DNA of 64,000 nucleotides from the NCBI GenBank assembly GCA_965235115.1, contig OZ249442.1, positions 27,466,001-27,530,000 on the forward strand, written 5' to 3'. The notes below the pieces were generated by a model. The model searched no databases. It worked only from the letters and a program-made list of their open reading frames with translations, and was not told the DNA's origin. Both the position numbers and the translations under genes were made by a program. The stretch comes from Laetmonice hystrix. Lineage: Eukaryota. Below are positions 21,318 to 33,949 of the stretch, in pieces. Position 1 is the first letter of the stretch. Every line of letters begins with the position of its first letter.

Positions 21318-24300
21318 ATGAGGCTACAGGCCGTTCTCCTCCTGCTGATTACCGTCTGGCTACCGTCGACCTCAACCCTGGAGGGAGGTCTCTCCATCGA
21401 GCTGACCTCTTCACTCCAGGCGGACAGTCCGGCCCACCAATCGACTGGAGAGGGAACAGTCGATCTAGAGATGATCGCCTCCTGTCGGGCCTCCTGTGGC
21501 GTCACGGTAAGCATTCTCCATTCATTGTACCAGTAATTTTATGATGAAAATTATGAAAACAATTTACAACAACTGTGTTTTAGATTAGAGCATTCCGTTA
21601 ACAACAACCCGGATTTCACCTCATGTCTATAAATCTGGGGTTTTTTCTAGTTTCTTCAGTGCCGCTAGGTGACGGGCAGTGCCTGGAGGAACCTCAATGT
21701 GTAACGGTCAGTATAAATTATATGCGTCACGATTTTGGCCACGATTCAGATACAGGTCGTAACAGCTATTTTTAGGGGTTTAAGCTTTTTTATCCGTTCT
21801 CCAAGCCATTCATTCACTGTCTCTATCCCTTTCAGTGTTGGCGATTATGCGACCTTCTGTACACGGAAGAGCTCAAATGGAGAATGTCTTGTGACCAGGA
21901 CGATTGTGTAAGTCAAATTATATTTTATAACGTAAAAAACGACAGCGTGTAAATTGACCTGGAATAGGTATTCTGACTTGTACTTAAGATATTATTCATA
22001 TTCAACATTTTCATTCAGCTCGACGGATGTCAGACTGCCTGCAGTTTTGATTTCTCGCAGAGTCCCGGTAAGCACACCTCTGTCTTTCAGTGTAGGTCCT
22101 TAGGTATGCTAGTTTTTCTGTTATGTAATTTCCAGATTAATAGTTATTTGATTATTTCCCTGGTTGTAGTCTCTCCCAGTGTTGGCGACTGGCAGTTCCT
22201 TGTCGACCCCATACTGACCATTGTGGACGCCAACAAGTTACACGTCACGTGGTCTCCACCCGAATACCGCCCCCACCAGTCCCTGATTCCGATCACCAGG
22301 TGGCAGGCCTATCGTTTACACTCTGCTGTTCAAGGATATCACGAACCCCCACTGGCGCAGGGTCACTTCGGTTAGTATGCAATGGCGTTTGTTAATCCAG
22401 ATCGAAACTGTATCGGCGAAATTTTATATATAGGTTATTCTTGATTATCTTTCTAGAATCTAAGATGACCTTTTTTTATTTGCTGATTTCTACTTTTAGA
22501 CCATGAACTTGAGAGCGATCGTGGAAGGACCACACGCAAGCCTTCCAGGCCTTCGGTTCCAGCTGCTCACATCCTCAGAAGAAGGAACAGTTGCATATGT
22601 CTTCATTGGCTACAATCCTACTACCACACTACTACCACTGGACCACACTACCTATACCTCTGCTACATTCAAGACATCTACAGAAACCCCGGCCTCAACA
22701 GTGAGTTGTGAAGCATTCGATCCCAATTTGTACGATCACAATTTGGGTGTAAAATTAATAGCCTTGTGTCATAGCTCATGAGCCAAGCAGACTATATTGT
22801 TGGGGTGCTTTACAATAGATATTTCTCCATCCTACAGGGCCACACTGCAGCGATGACGTCACCAAAGGTATCAGTTGCCGTCACCGAGGATGGAAGCATT
22901 GAAGCCACCATAACGTGGGACCAGATTCTCACAGACACTGATCGAATTGTTTACAATGTCACTTGGGGGTGCCACTTGTGTAATGTCGATCCGAGCCTAA
23001 CTGCGTGCCCTCTACGGGAAGGTAGACTCTCCGCCAACATCAAGGCTAAAGATCGCCAGGTAGCTCTTCCAGTTGCTGCTTCCTATATTACATACCTTCA
23101 AATCTAATTTTCCGTTCCGATTTCCATTCCGTTAGCCAGAAGGAGTTCTAAATGTTGCAATGTATGATGTATGTCGTGTCCTATAGAATATGTAGGCTTA
23201 CCGCTACCACATTTGTATATTTCAGGAGATGCGCGTCGTCCTGACTCAGCTCACCTTCAATTCCAAGTACTGGCTTCAGGTGAACTTAAGAGGGCAGGTC
23301 TACAGTTCGGTCTTCTTCACTCCAGCCTGCCGCCAGGTGGACGCAACCTTCATGAGATGTGCCGGACCGGTGGAAACTCTGCCACCCAGGGTGAAGACCA
23401 CTACCTTATGGGCAACGCCTTCTAGCGGGACTTTAACATCTCTAATCACGACACCCATGTCAACGACCGATTCCGATCGTAGACCGAGTCTGTCTACAGA
23501 AAGGAAAGAACTTCCCAAGGACATCAGGCCAAAACTTCACCAAGGAGGTACGTCAAGGGCATGTACATAACTTCAACTGAAAATTGTCATTGCTTGGATA
23601 GGGCACTTGTAGTAAAGTCGGCCACAATGTCACAGTGTGTTAATTTCATTATGTTACAGGAGATAAATCCTGGTTGTCTGCTAACTGGCTGGTCCTACTG
23701 GTAGCGACGGCTGCCAGTCTGACGACCATGGTTATCTTCACAGCCGGCCTCTATCTCTGCGGACATTTAACTCGACCCAAGGGTAAGTGACCGTTCAGTT
23801 TATATTCTCAACAGATTCTATTATGTGCGAGAAGGAGTGAAACATGAGAAATATTTCTGAAATGAACCTTTTCCCTCTTATTAAAGTATTTGTCGTCTTT
23901 CCTCCACAGGATACTCGAGTGCTGGTCAGGCTAACATGACTTTCGCCAGCCTTCCGCCGTCATACAGTTCCCAAGCCAACCTTCACCAACTCCAGCACCT
24001 CCAGTTGTCTCAACGACTCCTGGCCTACACCCCTGTACCACCCGCCTACGTCAGCGGCCCTGGCCACGCCCCCAGGCCCATGGTCATCGCCCCGCCCTAC
24101 CACGGTCTGCCGCCATTGACTTGTCATCTTCAGGACATGGAGAATGACGTACAGCCCCGGCTTTCCTCCTGCCCAGACTCCCCCAAGGTACCAGTGCCTC
24201 ATCAGCCCATCCCACAGATCTCCATAGACCTGTGCTCCGACGAATCTGACGATGAGTTTCATCTGACACGAACCAGCACCCCGACAGCCACCGTCCTGCG

Positions 24301-24463
24301 GGTGACAGACAACCCCCTCTACCGACTTGAGCACAGTGCCCTCACAGTGCCACACCCGAGTCCAGTCCTCACGAGGAGCAGGTCGACTCAGGGCCTAGAC
24401 CAGTGCTTCATCCGTGACGACAGTGTGTCCAGTCATGAGCGTTCCCACCACAGCGACCTCTAG
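21318..24463 (+). pseudogene. Gene A copy 3, disabled
   Basis: 1-bp deletion at ~21661 (CAG TGC CGC TAG) gives an early stop in the Cys box, and the +T frameshift is present at 22284. The 3' exons are open. Confidence 0.78.
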
Positions 24464-25791
24464 CGTGTACCACAACGGTCTGCCGCTACAGATTGGGGCG
24501 CTAGTGGGGGTAGGGGTGCGCTGCCAGATGAGCGAAAACGTGCAATTGGTGCTATTTTATGATGCCAAATGTCAAAAATAAAATATTCAATTCGATTGTG
24601 TGTTCTGCCATTCTACGCTTAATTGATAGAACTTCAAAAGGTCTCTACCTTCTATGCGCCTTTTTATATTTCTTCTCTGCTCCCATGTCCTCAATAGTCG
24701 AATATCTAGGATTCACATCTCAAAATGCCAGGCCTGTAATAAAAATTGACCCCGTTAAAACTCTATCCTGCAATCTTCTCATCTGAAGCCAGACGACGTG
24801 TTCATGAGGCCACGTATAGTCTCAATCACTTCTATCGACGCCTATGCGTTAGGCCTATTAAAATAATAGGCCTGTTATCCCCAACCCGTTCCGTACTCTC
24901 GCCCACAGATCCCGTAGCATTTGAACGTCATTGGAGTTAGGAAGCTGATGTCTTGTCGTACACGTCACTGTTGTCCATATTTGTAATGAATTATTCGCTG
25001 TTTCTTTTCTTTCAAGACATCACGTGTTTGAAATAGAATCATTAACAGTGCCGCGGCCGTCATTGTTGGCTTTACATTGCGATACACATAACTGTTTACC
25101 TCTACAAAGAGTCTTATATTTTGAAACTGTCTCTCATTATTTCTTCTTCAAGGTGGTAGCGTTCCCTCAACAACTATGGAGTTATACATGATGGAGAACG
25201 TGTTAAATTAAAAGTGTAGAATCGGATTGTACTTCCTAAATAGGACCAGACCAAAAGCAGTGCTTTGAATATAAGGCACCGCATGAGACCAAAGTTTTCA
25301 CACCTTTTCACAAACGTTAACTACCTGCTGTTGTCTGTTCTTATGGCAACACCTGGGATAAATAATGTACATAAGGTCATAGGTCCACAGTAGCTCTTCA
25401 GCACTTGAATTGCACCTCAGACTGCCGAACAAGCTTCATAATCCAATATAGTTGGAAGAGGAACTCCGATTACATTCACAGAAAAGGTAAGACCCATTCT
25501 CACGTTTATGCCTATGTAGAGAAGAGAAATATATATATTCGTCAGGGGGAGAATAACTAACAGCTCTATCCTAAGAGCCTGTGCTCTGATAAAAAGGTTA
25601 AAGGAATTGGAAATTTAAGATAATGACATGTAAGCTTGGCCGAGAATCATATTTAGGGGCCGTATCAAATCTCAAGTATGTTTGGTCATATATACAGCAT
25701 TAGGAGAGAAGGGGAACGTTATTCGATATGTAACATTGCATTTATCTCCATTTCCAGAACGTTATCCCACTGGACAAGGTTATTAGACAAC

Positions 25792-26628
25792 ATGAATACC
25801 CTTAGAGTTTTCACACTCGTCATTATCGTTGCCTTCTTTGGTGAGTCGGTGAACTTTTTAATATATGTGATTATTGTATCTCAGTATCACTCTTTCAAAT
25901 ATTTCGGGGAAAGTTCTTAAGTTTGTATGCGTATCTGCTCAATTTCGCCTGTTTTGACACCTGAACAGCTTATTACTTTTACATTACGTTTTAGATTTTT
26001 CCAGATATTCAATGCCCGATGTCCTCTTCAAAGATATGGTTTAATTGTTTAAAAATACCCCATTTCTGATGTCCTGAATATCCTTTAATAGGTCAAGGTG
26101 AAAATGCCACCACATCCGGCCCAACAACGGCAGTGGTTTCCAGCACAGATCCATTGACAATGGTCACAGATTCGTCCTCTGTGACAAACGACACAGTAAC
26201 GGCGATTACTGGAACGGTTGAGGCCACCACCACGGCGGAAGGAAACGCAACAGACGCCACAACAGAGGTCAGTATGATTTCTTACACATTATGATAAAAT
26301 AGAGGGGAAAATATTCCCATGGAAACTTCCATGGATATACTCGTATTTCTTCCTGCCTTTAGGTGGCAAAGGTTATCTTTAGAAGTTTAAGTGCAATTTA
26401 TGTCAGTCCATTTTACACGCAATCATACGAAAGATAATTCATTTGTAAAGATTTATCGAGAAAAACACATATTTTCGGTCACGACTGCTTGTTTAAAGAT
26501 TATTTTCCATTCCTTTGCATTACTGACAGACACCGGATTCGTCTCAGAACAGCGCCCACGTTCTTTCCAGCTCTGTGGTCATGGCCACATCGGCCATTGC
26601 CACATACAGCGCCCTCTTACGAATTTAA
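25792..26628 (+). CDS. Gene B copy 4, intact
   Basis: Matches copy 1 at offset 22,917. Confidence 0.84.
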
Positions 26629-27126
26629 CCGTGACGTCACGACCATTCCTCATGTGATCGCGCTGAACCAATCGTCAGCAAGCTAGAGACTCAAGTTACG
26701 CTTTCTCCAGTATACATATTTTACGCAATATCTCCACGTGGTCAAGTGAACAAATTGATAAAAGTTTGGTGCTTAAATTGTTTAAATATTCTTATAGAAA
26801 AAAAACCAATGTATGTGTAGGTGCTAAAAGGGCAACTGAATACTACATTGACGTCCGGAGCATAACACTGGAGAAAAGCACTATTGTATGTAAAACTCGG
26901 TATTGTAAATAAAATGAAAGGTTTTTAAAAGCGAATTCATGTTTCTATTGCATAATTTCTTGTTGAACACGCACAAATAAACTTTATGTACAGCTGCCCA
27001 CATTCTATCTGTCTACTAGCTGCCACTTTGGGATATTACCAAAAGTTTTTTGAGTATCTCTCCAAAAAAAAGTCCCATAGAAAATAGATGATCTTGACAT
27101 ACTTTCAAAAGCCCGTCTATAAAAAT

Positions 27127-27199
27127 TGACCACGATGGGACTCGAACCCACAATCTTCTGATTCGAAGTCAGACGCCTTATCCATTAGGCCACGCGGCC
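27127..27199 (-). tRNA. tRNA-Arg(UCG)
   Basis: Same cloverleaf sequence with terminator. Confidence 0.96.
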
Positions 27200-28625
27200 A
27201 CCCATATACAGCTTTTTCCAAATTTGGTAACACTGAGAGAAAACTCGACTAATACACGTTTAGAGTGCACGGTGAGTGTACATGTCAGTGTGAATTTCCT
27301 GTTGACACAACCCCATGGGTGATAAGTGTAATTATTCACGATCCATACCATATGGTCCCTCTTTCTGCAAAATCAAAATTTGAAGTGACAGCTAGTAGAA
27401 GTCGGGTCAAAGCGTTCTCTGTGTCTCTCCCTAGAGAGGGAGGGAGGGAGGGAGGGAGTGGGCGGGGTGAGACTGTTGTGGGCGGGCCCCAGCTCAAAGA
27501 GAGGGCGGGTGACAGGTAACCGTGGCCGGCTCAAATGGTCAACAGACAGGGTCATTCGGCCCACCTCGGGACTGTCCGGGCGGCACAAGTCAGTAGGCTG
27601 CCGAATAGTCTGGTGAAAGGACTTCCGTTTTCGTAACGCTATGGTGTAGGAGTGATACGGTCGTGGGGGATTCTATATTTATATTCTTACCCGTGACGTC
27701 ACGGCAGTTCACTCACTTGAGCCGTCCAGACCACAACTAGCGAAGCGACCGGAAGTTGGGCCGAGGTTTTCCGAATGCAGACAAGGTGTGACCGTAGTTG
27801 GTGGTGACCGGCTCGAAAGGGAAACGGGAAAGGTGTGACCTAGTTAGACTAGTCAACCCCTAGTCAGTTCTCTGCCGACTAGGGTTCGACGGGTTTAACA
27901 TTTTAAATAAAGATGACCGAATAGTGGAAAGTGTGCACGACTCTTTCAGGCTAACTTTCCAAAAACTGTTTGTTATAGCGGGCTACTATTCGGACATAGT
28001 TAATTGTTTAAAAGGTGAAACTGTTAAAAAAAAAACTCTACCCTGACGAAGCTGAAAAACAAAAAGAAGAAACCGCCCGTCCACGGGTTTAACGGTTTTA
28101 CAGTGGTTGGTGGCGGTTGGCTCAAAGGGGCAGAGTGCGAGGTGTGACCGTTACGGGAAGGCAGGCGGGTCACTCCTCGCCGGGACTGCCCTATTCACAC
28201 CTATAGCTCCCGGCCTAGGGTGGCGGCTATGATCTCGACTCGTGAAATTCCTCTAAGGCCGCATTTTTTCACACATCCACTTACAAAGAACATGTCAAAG
28301 CCTTTGAAGGGGCAGCCTCCACCGAGTGGGATGCTATATAAGTCAGTTCCCTGGACACAGAAATCAGAACCTTGTCGACCGTCACAGACGTCGGACATCA
28401 TATCACGGATTGCATTGGACTGCTGTTAACACGGGACATACGACCAGTTTGGAAGCTTCACTAGGTATGATTCAGCTTATAATCAGCACTGCAGGGAGCG
28501 TCAAGATCTGTTTAGGTTACGACAACAATATAAAGTTATCCTTGACCATACAGTTTTTCATTGCTCTTATATTTTTAGACAATGCTATTTCTGTTTCAGA
28601 CTCGAATTCAGGGGCTACCTTCACC

Positions 28626-31600
28626 ATGAGGCTACAGGCCGTTCTCCTCCTGCTGATTACCGCCTGGCTACCGTCGACCTCAACCCTGGAGGGAGGTCTC
28701 TCCATCGAGCTGACCTCTTCACTCCAGGCGGACAGTCCGGCCCACCAATCGACTGGAGAGGGAACAGTCGGTCTAGAGATGATCGCCTCCTGTCGGGCCT
28801 CCTGTGGCGTCACAGTAAGCATTCTCCATTCATTGTACCAATAATTTTATTATGAAAATTAGGAAAACAATTTACAACAACTGTGTTTTAGATTAGAGCA
28901 TTCCGTTAACAACAACCCGAATTTCACCTCAAAGACTATAAATCTGTTTTTTTTTTCTAGTTTCTTCTGTGGCCGCTAGGTGACGGGCAGTGCCTGAAGG
29001 AACCTCAATGTGTAACGGTCAGTATAAATTATATGCGTCACGATTTTGGCCACGATTCAGATACAGGCCGTAACAGCTATTTTTAGGGGTTTAAGCTTTT
29101 TTTATCCGTTCTCCAAGCCATTCATTCACTGTCTCTATCCCTTTCAGTGTTGGCGATTATGCGACCTTCTGTACACGGAAGAGCTCAAATGGAGAATGTC
29201 TTGTGACCAGGACGATTGTGTAAGTCATATTATATTTTATAACGTAAAAAACGACAGCGTGTAAATTGACCTGGAATAGGTATTCTGACTTGTACTTAAG
29301 AAATGATTCATATTCAACATATTTTCATTCAGCTCGACGGATGTCAGACTGCCTGCAGTTTTGATTTCTCGCAGAGTCCCGATAAGCACACCTCTGTCTT
29401 TCAGTGTAGATCCTTAGGTATGCCATTTCGATTATAGTTTTTCTGTTAAGTAATTTCCGGATAAATAGTTATTTGATTATTTCCCTGGTTGTAACCTCTC
29501 CCAGTGTTGGCGACTGGCAGTTCCTTGTCGACCCCATACTGACCATTGTGGACGCCAACAAGTTACACGTCACGTTGTCTCCACCCGAATACCGCCCCGA
29601 CCAGTCCCTGATTCCGATCACCAGGTGGCAGGCCTATCGTTTACACTCTGCTGTTCAAGGATATCACGAACCCCCACTGGCGAAGGGTCACTTCGGTTAG
29701 TATGCAATGGCGTTTGTTAATCCAAATCGAAACTGTGTCGGCGAAATTTTATATAAAAGTTATTCTTGATTATCTTTTTAGAATCTAGGATGACATTTTG
29801 TATTTGCTGATTTCTACTTTTAGACTAAGAACTTGAGAGCGATCGTGGAGGGACCACACGCAAGTCTTCCAGGCCTTCGGTTCCAGCTGCTCGCATCCTC
29901 AGAAGAAGGAACAGTTGCATATGTCTTCATTGGCTACAATCCTACCACCACACTACTACCACTGGGCCACACTACCTATACCTCTGCTACATTCAAGACA
30001 TCTACAGAAACCCCGGCCTCAACAGTGAAGCATTCGATCACAATTTGGGTGTAAAATTGATGGCCTTATGTCATAGCTCATGAGCCAAGCAGACTATATT
30101 GTTGGGGTGCTTTACAATAGATATTTCTCCATCCTACAGGGCCACACTGCAGCGATGACGTCACCAAAGGTATCAGTTGCCGTCACCGAGGATGGAAGCA
30201 TTGAAGCCACCATAACGTGGGACCAGATTCTCACAGACACTGATCGAATTGTTTACAATGTCACTTGGGGGCGCCACTCGTGTAATGTCGATCCGAGCCT
30301 AACTGCGTGCCCTCTACGGGAAGGTAGACTCTCCGCCAACATCAAGGCTAAAGATCGCCAGGTAGCTCTTCCAGTTGCTACTTCCTCTACTACATACCTT
30401 CAAATCTAATTTTCCGTTCCGATTTCCATTCCGTTAGCCAGAATGTTGCAACGTATGATGTATGTCGTGTCCTATAGAATATGTAGGCTTACCGCTACCA
30501 CATTTGTATATTTCAGGAGATGCGCGTCGTCCTGACTCAGCTCACCTTCAATTCCAAGTACTGGCTTCAGGTGAACTTAAGAGGGCAGGTCTACAGTTCG
30601 GTCTTCTTCACTCCAGCCTGCCGCCAGGTGGACGCAACCTTCATGAGATGTGCCGGACCGGTGGAAACTCTGCCACCCAGGGTGAAGACTACTACCTTAT
30701 GGGCAACGCCTTCTAGCGGGACTTTAACATCTCTACTCACGACACCCATGTCAACGACCGATTCCGATCGTAGACCGAGTCTGTCTACAGAAAGGAAAGA
30801 ACTTCCCAAGGACATCAGGCCAAAACTTCACCAAGGGGGTACGTCAAGGGCATGTACATAACTTCAACTGAAAATTGTCATTGCTTGGATAGGGCACTTG
30901 TAGTAAAGTCGGTCACAATGTCACAGTGTGTTAATTTCATTATGTTACAGGAGATAAATCCTGGTTGTCTGCTAACTGGCTGGTCCTACTGGTAGCGACG
31001 GCTGCCAGTCTGACGACCATGGTTATCTTCACAGCCGGCCTCTATCTCTGCGGACGTTTAACTCGACTCAAGGGTAAGTGACCATTCACTTTAGGCTGGT
31101 CAGGCTAACATGACTTTCGCCAGCCTTCCGCCGTCATACAGTTCCCAAGCCAACCTTCACCAACTCCAGCACCTCCAGTTGTCTCAACGACTCCTGGCCT
31201 ACACCCCTGTACCACCCGCCTACGTCAGCTGCCCTGGCCACGCCCCCAGGCCCATGGTCATCGCCCCGCCCTACCACGGTCTGCCGTCATTGACTTGTCA
31301 CCTTCAGGACATGGAGGATGACGTACAGCCCCGGCTTTCCTCCTGCCCAGACTCCCCCAAGGTACCAGTGCCTCATCAACCCATCCCACAGATCTCCATA
31401 GACTTGTGCTCCGACGAATCTGACGATGAGTTTCATCTGACACGAACCAGCACCCCGACAGCCACCGTCCTGCGGGTGACAGACAACCCCCTCTACCGAC
31501 TTGAGCACAGTGCCCTCACAGTGCCACACCCGAGTCCAGTCCTCACGAGGAGTAGGTCGACCCAGGGCCTAGACCAGTGCTTCATCCGTGACGACAGTGT

Positions 31601-31637
31601 CTCCAGTCATGAGCGTTTCCACCACAGCGACCTCTAG
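28626..31637 (+). pseudogene. Gene A copy 4, disabled (same lesions as copy 1)
   Basis: CCCG-ATAAGC donor loss, GTAA acceptor loss, +T at 29609, and loss of the tail-exon acceptor near 31089. Confidence 0.8.
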
Positions 31638-32942
31638 CGTGTCGCGTGCCTGTAACGGTCTGCCGCTACAGATTGGGGAGCTAGTGGGGGGGGGGGGGTG
31701 CGCTGCCACATGAGCGAAATTGTGTAATATGGTGCATGCCTGGTATTTTATGATGTCAAATGTCAAAATTAAAATATTCAATTCGATTGTGTGTTCTGCC
31801 ATTCTACGCTTAACTGATAGAACTTCAAAAGGTCTCGACCTTCTATGCGCCTTTTTATATTTCTTCTCTGCTCCCATGTCCTCAATAGTCGAATATCTAG
31901 GATTCACATCTCAAAATGCCAGGCCTGTAATAAGAATTGACCCCGTTGAAACTCTATCCCACAATCTTCTTATCCGAAGTCAGACGCCGTATTCATGAGG
32001 CCCCGTATAGTCCGTTATCCCCGTTATCCCCAACCCGTTTCGTACTGTCGCCCACAGATCCCGTAGCATTTGAACGTCATTGGAGTTAGGAAGCTGATGT
32101 CTTGTCGTACACGTCACTGTTGTCCATATTTGTAATGATTTATTTACTGTTTCTTTTGTTTCAAGACATCACGTGTTTGAAATAGAATCATTAACAGTGC
32201 CGCGGCCGTCATTGTTGGCTTTACATTGCGATACACAAAACTGTTTACCTCTACAAAGAGTCTTATATTTTGAAACTGTCTCTCATTATTTCTTCTTCAA
32301 GGTGGTAGCGTTCCCTCAACAACTATGGAGTTATACATGATGGAGAACGTGTTAAATAAAAAGTTTAGAATCGGATTGTACTTCCTAAATAGGACCATTC
32401 CAAAAGCAGAGCTTTGAATATAAGGCACCGCATGAGACCAAAGTTTTCACACCTTTCCACAGACGTTAACTACCTGCTGTTGTAGGCCTGCTGTTGTCTG
32501 TTCTTATGGCAACACCTGGGATACATAATGTACATAAGGTCATAGGTCCACAGTAACTGCTCAGCACTTGAATTGCACCTCAGACTGCCGAACAAGCTTC
32601 ATAATCCAATATAGTTGGAAGAGGAACTCCGATTACATTCACAGAAAAGGTAAGACCCATTCTCACGTTTATGCCTATGTAGAGAAGAGAAATATATATA
32701 TTATTCAGGGGGAGAATAACTAACAGCTCTATCCTAAGAGCTTGTGCTCTATGGATAAAAAGGTTAAAGGAATTGAAAATGTATGCTTGGCCGAGAATCA
32801 TATTTAGGGCCCGTATCAAATCTTAAGTATGTTTGGTCATATAAACAGAATTAGGAGAGAAGGGGAACGTTATTCGATATGTAACATTGTATTTATCTCC
32901 ATTTCCAGAACGTTATCCCACTGGACAAGGTTATTAGACAAC

Positions 32943-32997
32943 ATGAATACATGTACCCTTAGAGTTTTCACACTCGTCATTATCGTTGCCTTCTTTG
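32943..32997 (+). pseudogene. Gene B copy 5: signal-peptide exon only, with a 6-bp in-frame footprint; exons 2-3 deleted
   Basis: Encodes MNTCTLRVFTLVIIVAFF, then G|gtgagt. Deletion junction at 33092/33093. Confidence 0.85.
32948..32955. mobile_element. Transposon excision footprint TACATGTA
   Basis: At exactly the TA that holds the MITE in the sister copy. Reads TA + CA (element left end) + TG (element right end) + TA. Confidence 0.85.
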
Positions 32998-33949
32998 GTG
33001 AGTCGGTGAACATTTTAATATGTGATTATCGTATCTTAGTATCACTCTCTCAAATATTACGGGGAAAGTTCTTAAGTTTGTATGCGTATCTGAATGCAGA
33101 CAAGGTGTGACCGTGGTTGGTGGTGACCGGCTCGAAAGGGAAACGGGAAAGGTGTGACCTAGTTAGACTAGTCAACCCCTAGTCATTTCTCTGCCGACTA
33201 GGGTTCGACGGTTTTAACATTTTAAACAAAGATGACCGAGTAGTGGAAAGTGGGCACGACTCTTTCAGACTAACTTTCCAAAAACTGTTTGTTATAGCGG
33301 GCTACTATTCGGACATAGTTAATTGTTTAAAAGGTGAAACTGCTTAAAAAAACTCTACCCTGACGAAGCTGAAAAACAAAAAGAAGAAACCGCCCGTCCA
33401 CGGGTTTAACTACTCTAAGTTTTACAGTGGTTGGTGGCGGTTGGCTCAAAGGGGCAGAGGGCGAGGTGTGACCGTTACGGGAAGGCAGCCGGGTCACTCC
33501 TCGCCGGGACTGCCCTATTCACACCTATAGCTCCCGGCCTAGGGTGGCGGCTATGATCTCGACTCGTGAAATTCCTCTAAGGCCGCATTTTTTCACACAT
33601 CCACTTACAAAGAACATGTCAAAGCCTTTGAAGGGGCAGCCTCCACCGAGTGGGATGCTATATAAGTCAGTTCCCTGGACACAGAAATCAGAACCTTGTC
33701 GACCGTCACAGACGTCGGACATCATATCACGGATTGCATTGGACTGCTGTAAACACGGGACATACGACCAGTTTGGAAGCTTCACTAGGTATGATTCAGC
33801 TTATAATCAGCACTGCAGGGAGCGTCAAGATCTGTTTAGGTTACGACAACAATATAAAGTTATCCTTGACCATACAGTTTTTGATTGCTCTTATATTTTT
33901 TGACAATGCCATTTCTGTTTCAGACTCGAATTCAGGGGCTACCTTCACC

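Larger units (their letters stand above)
22918..33290. repeat. Second copy of a ~22.9-kb three-unit higher-order repeat (matches 1 to ~13110, lacking the MITE and a 1,987-bp segment)
   Basis: A constant offset of 22,917 bp holds for all ORFs from 254 to 8193. Private variants are shared (splice mutations, 117-bp deletion, unit-2-specific SNPs after 33093) with a few differences (QVD/QAD, FFD/FLD, poly-G length). Confidence 0.92.
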
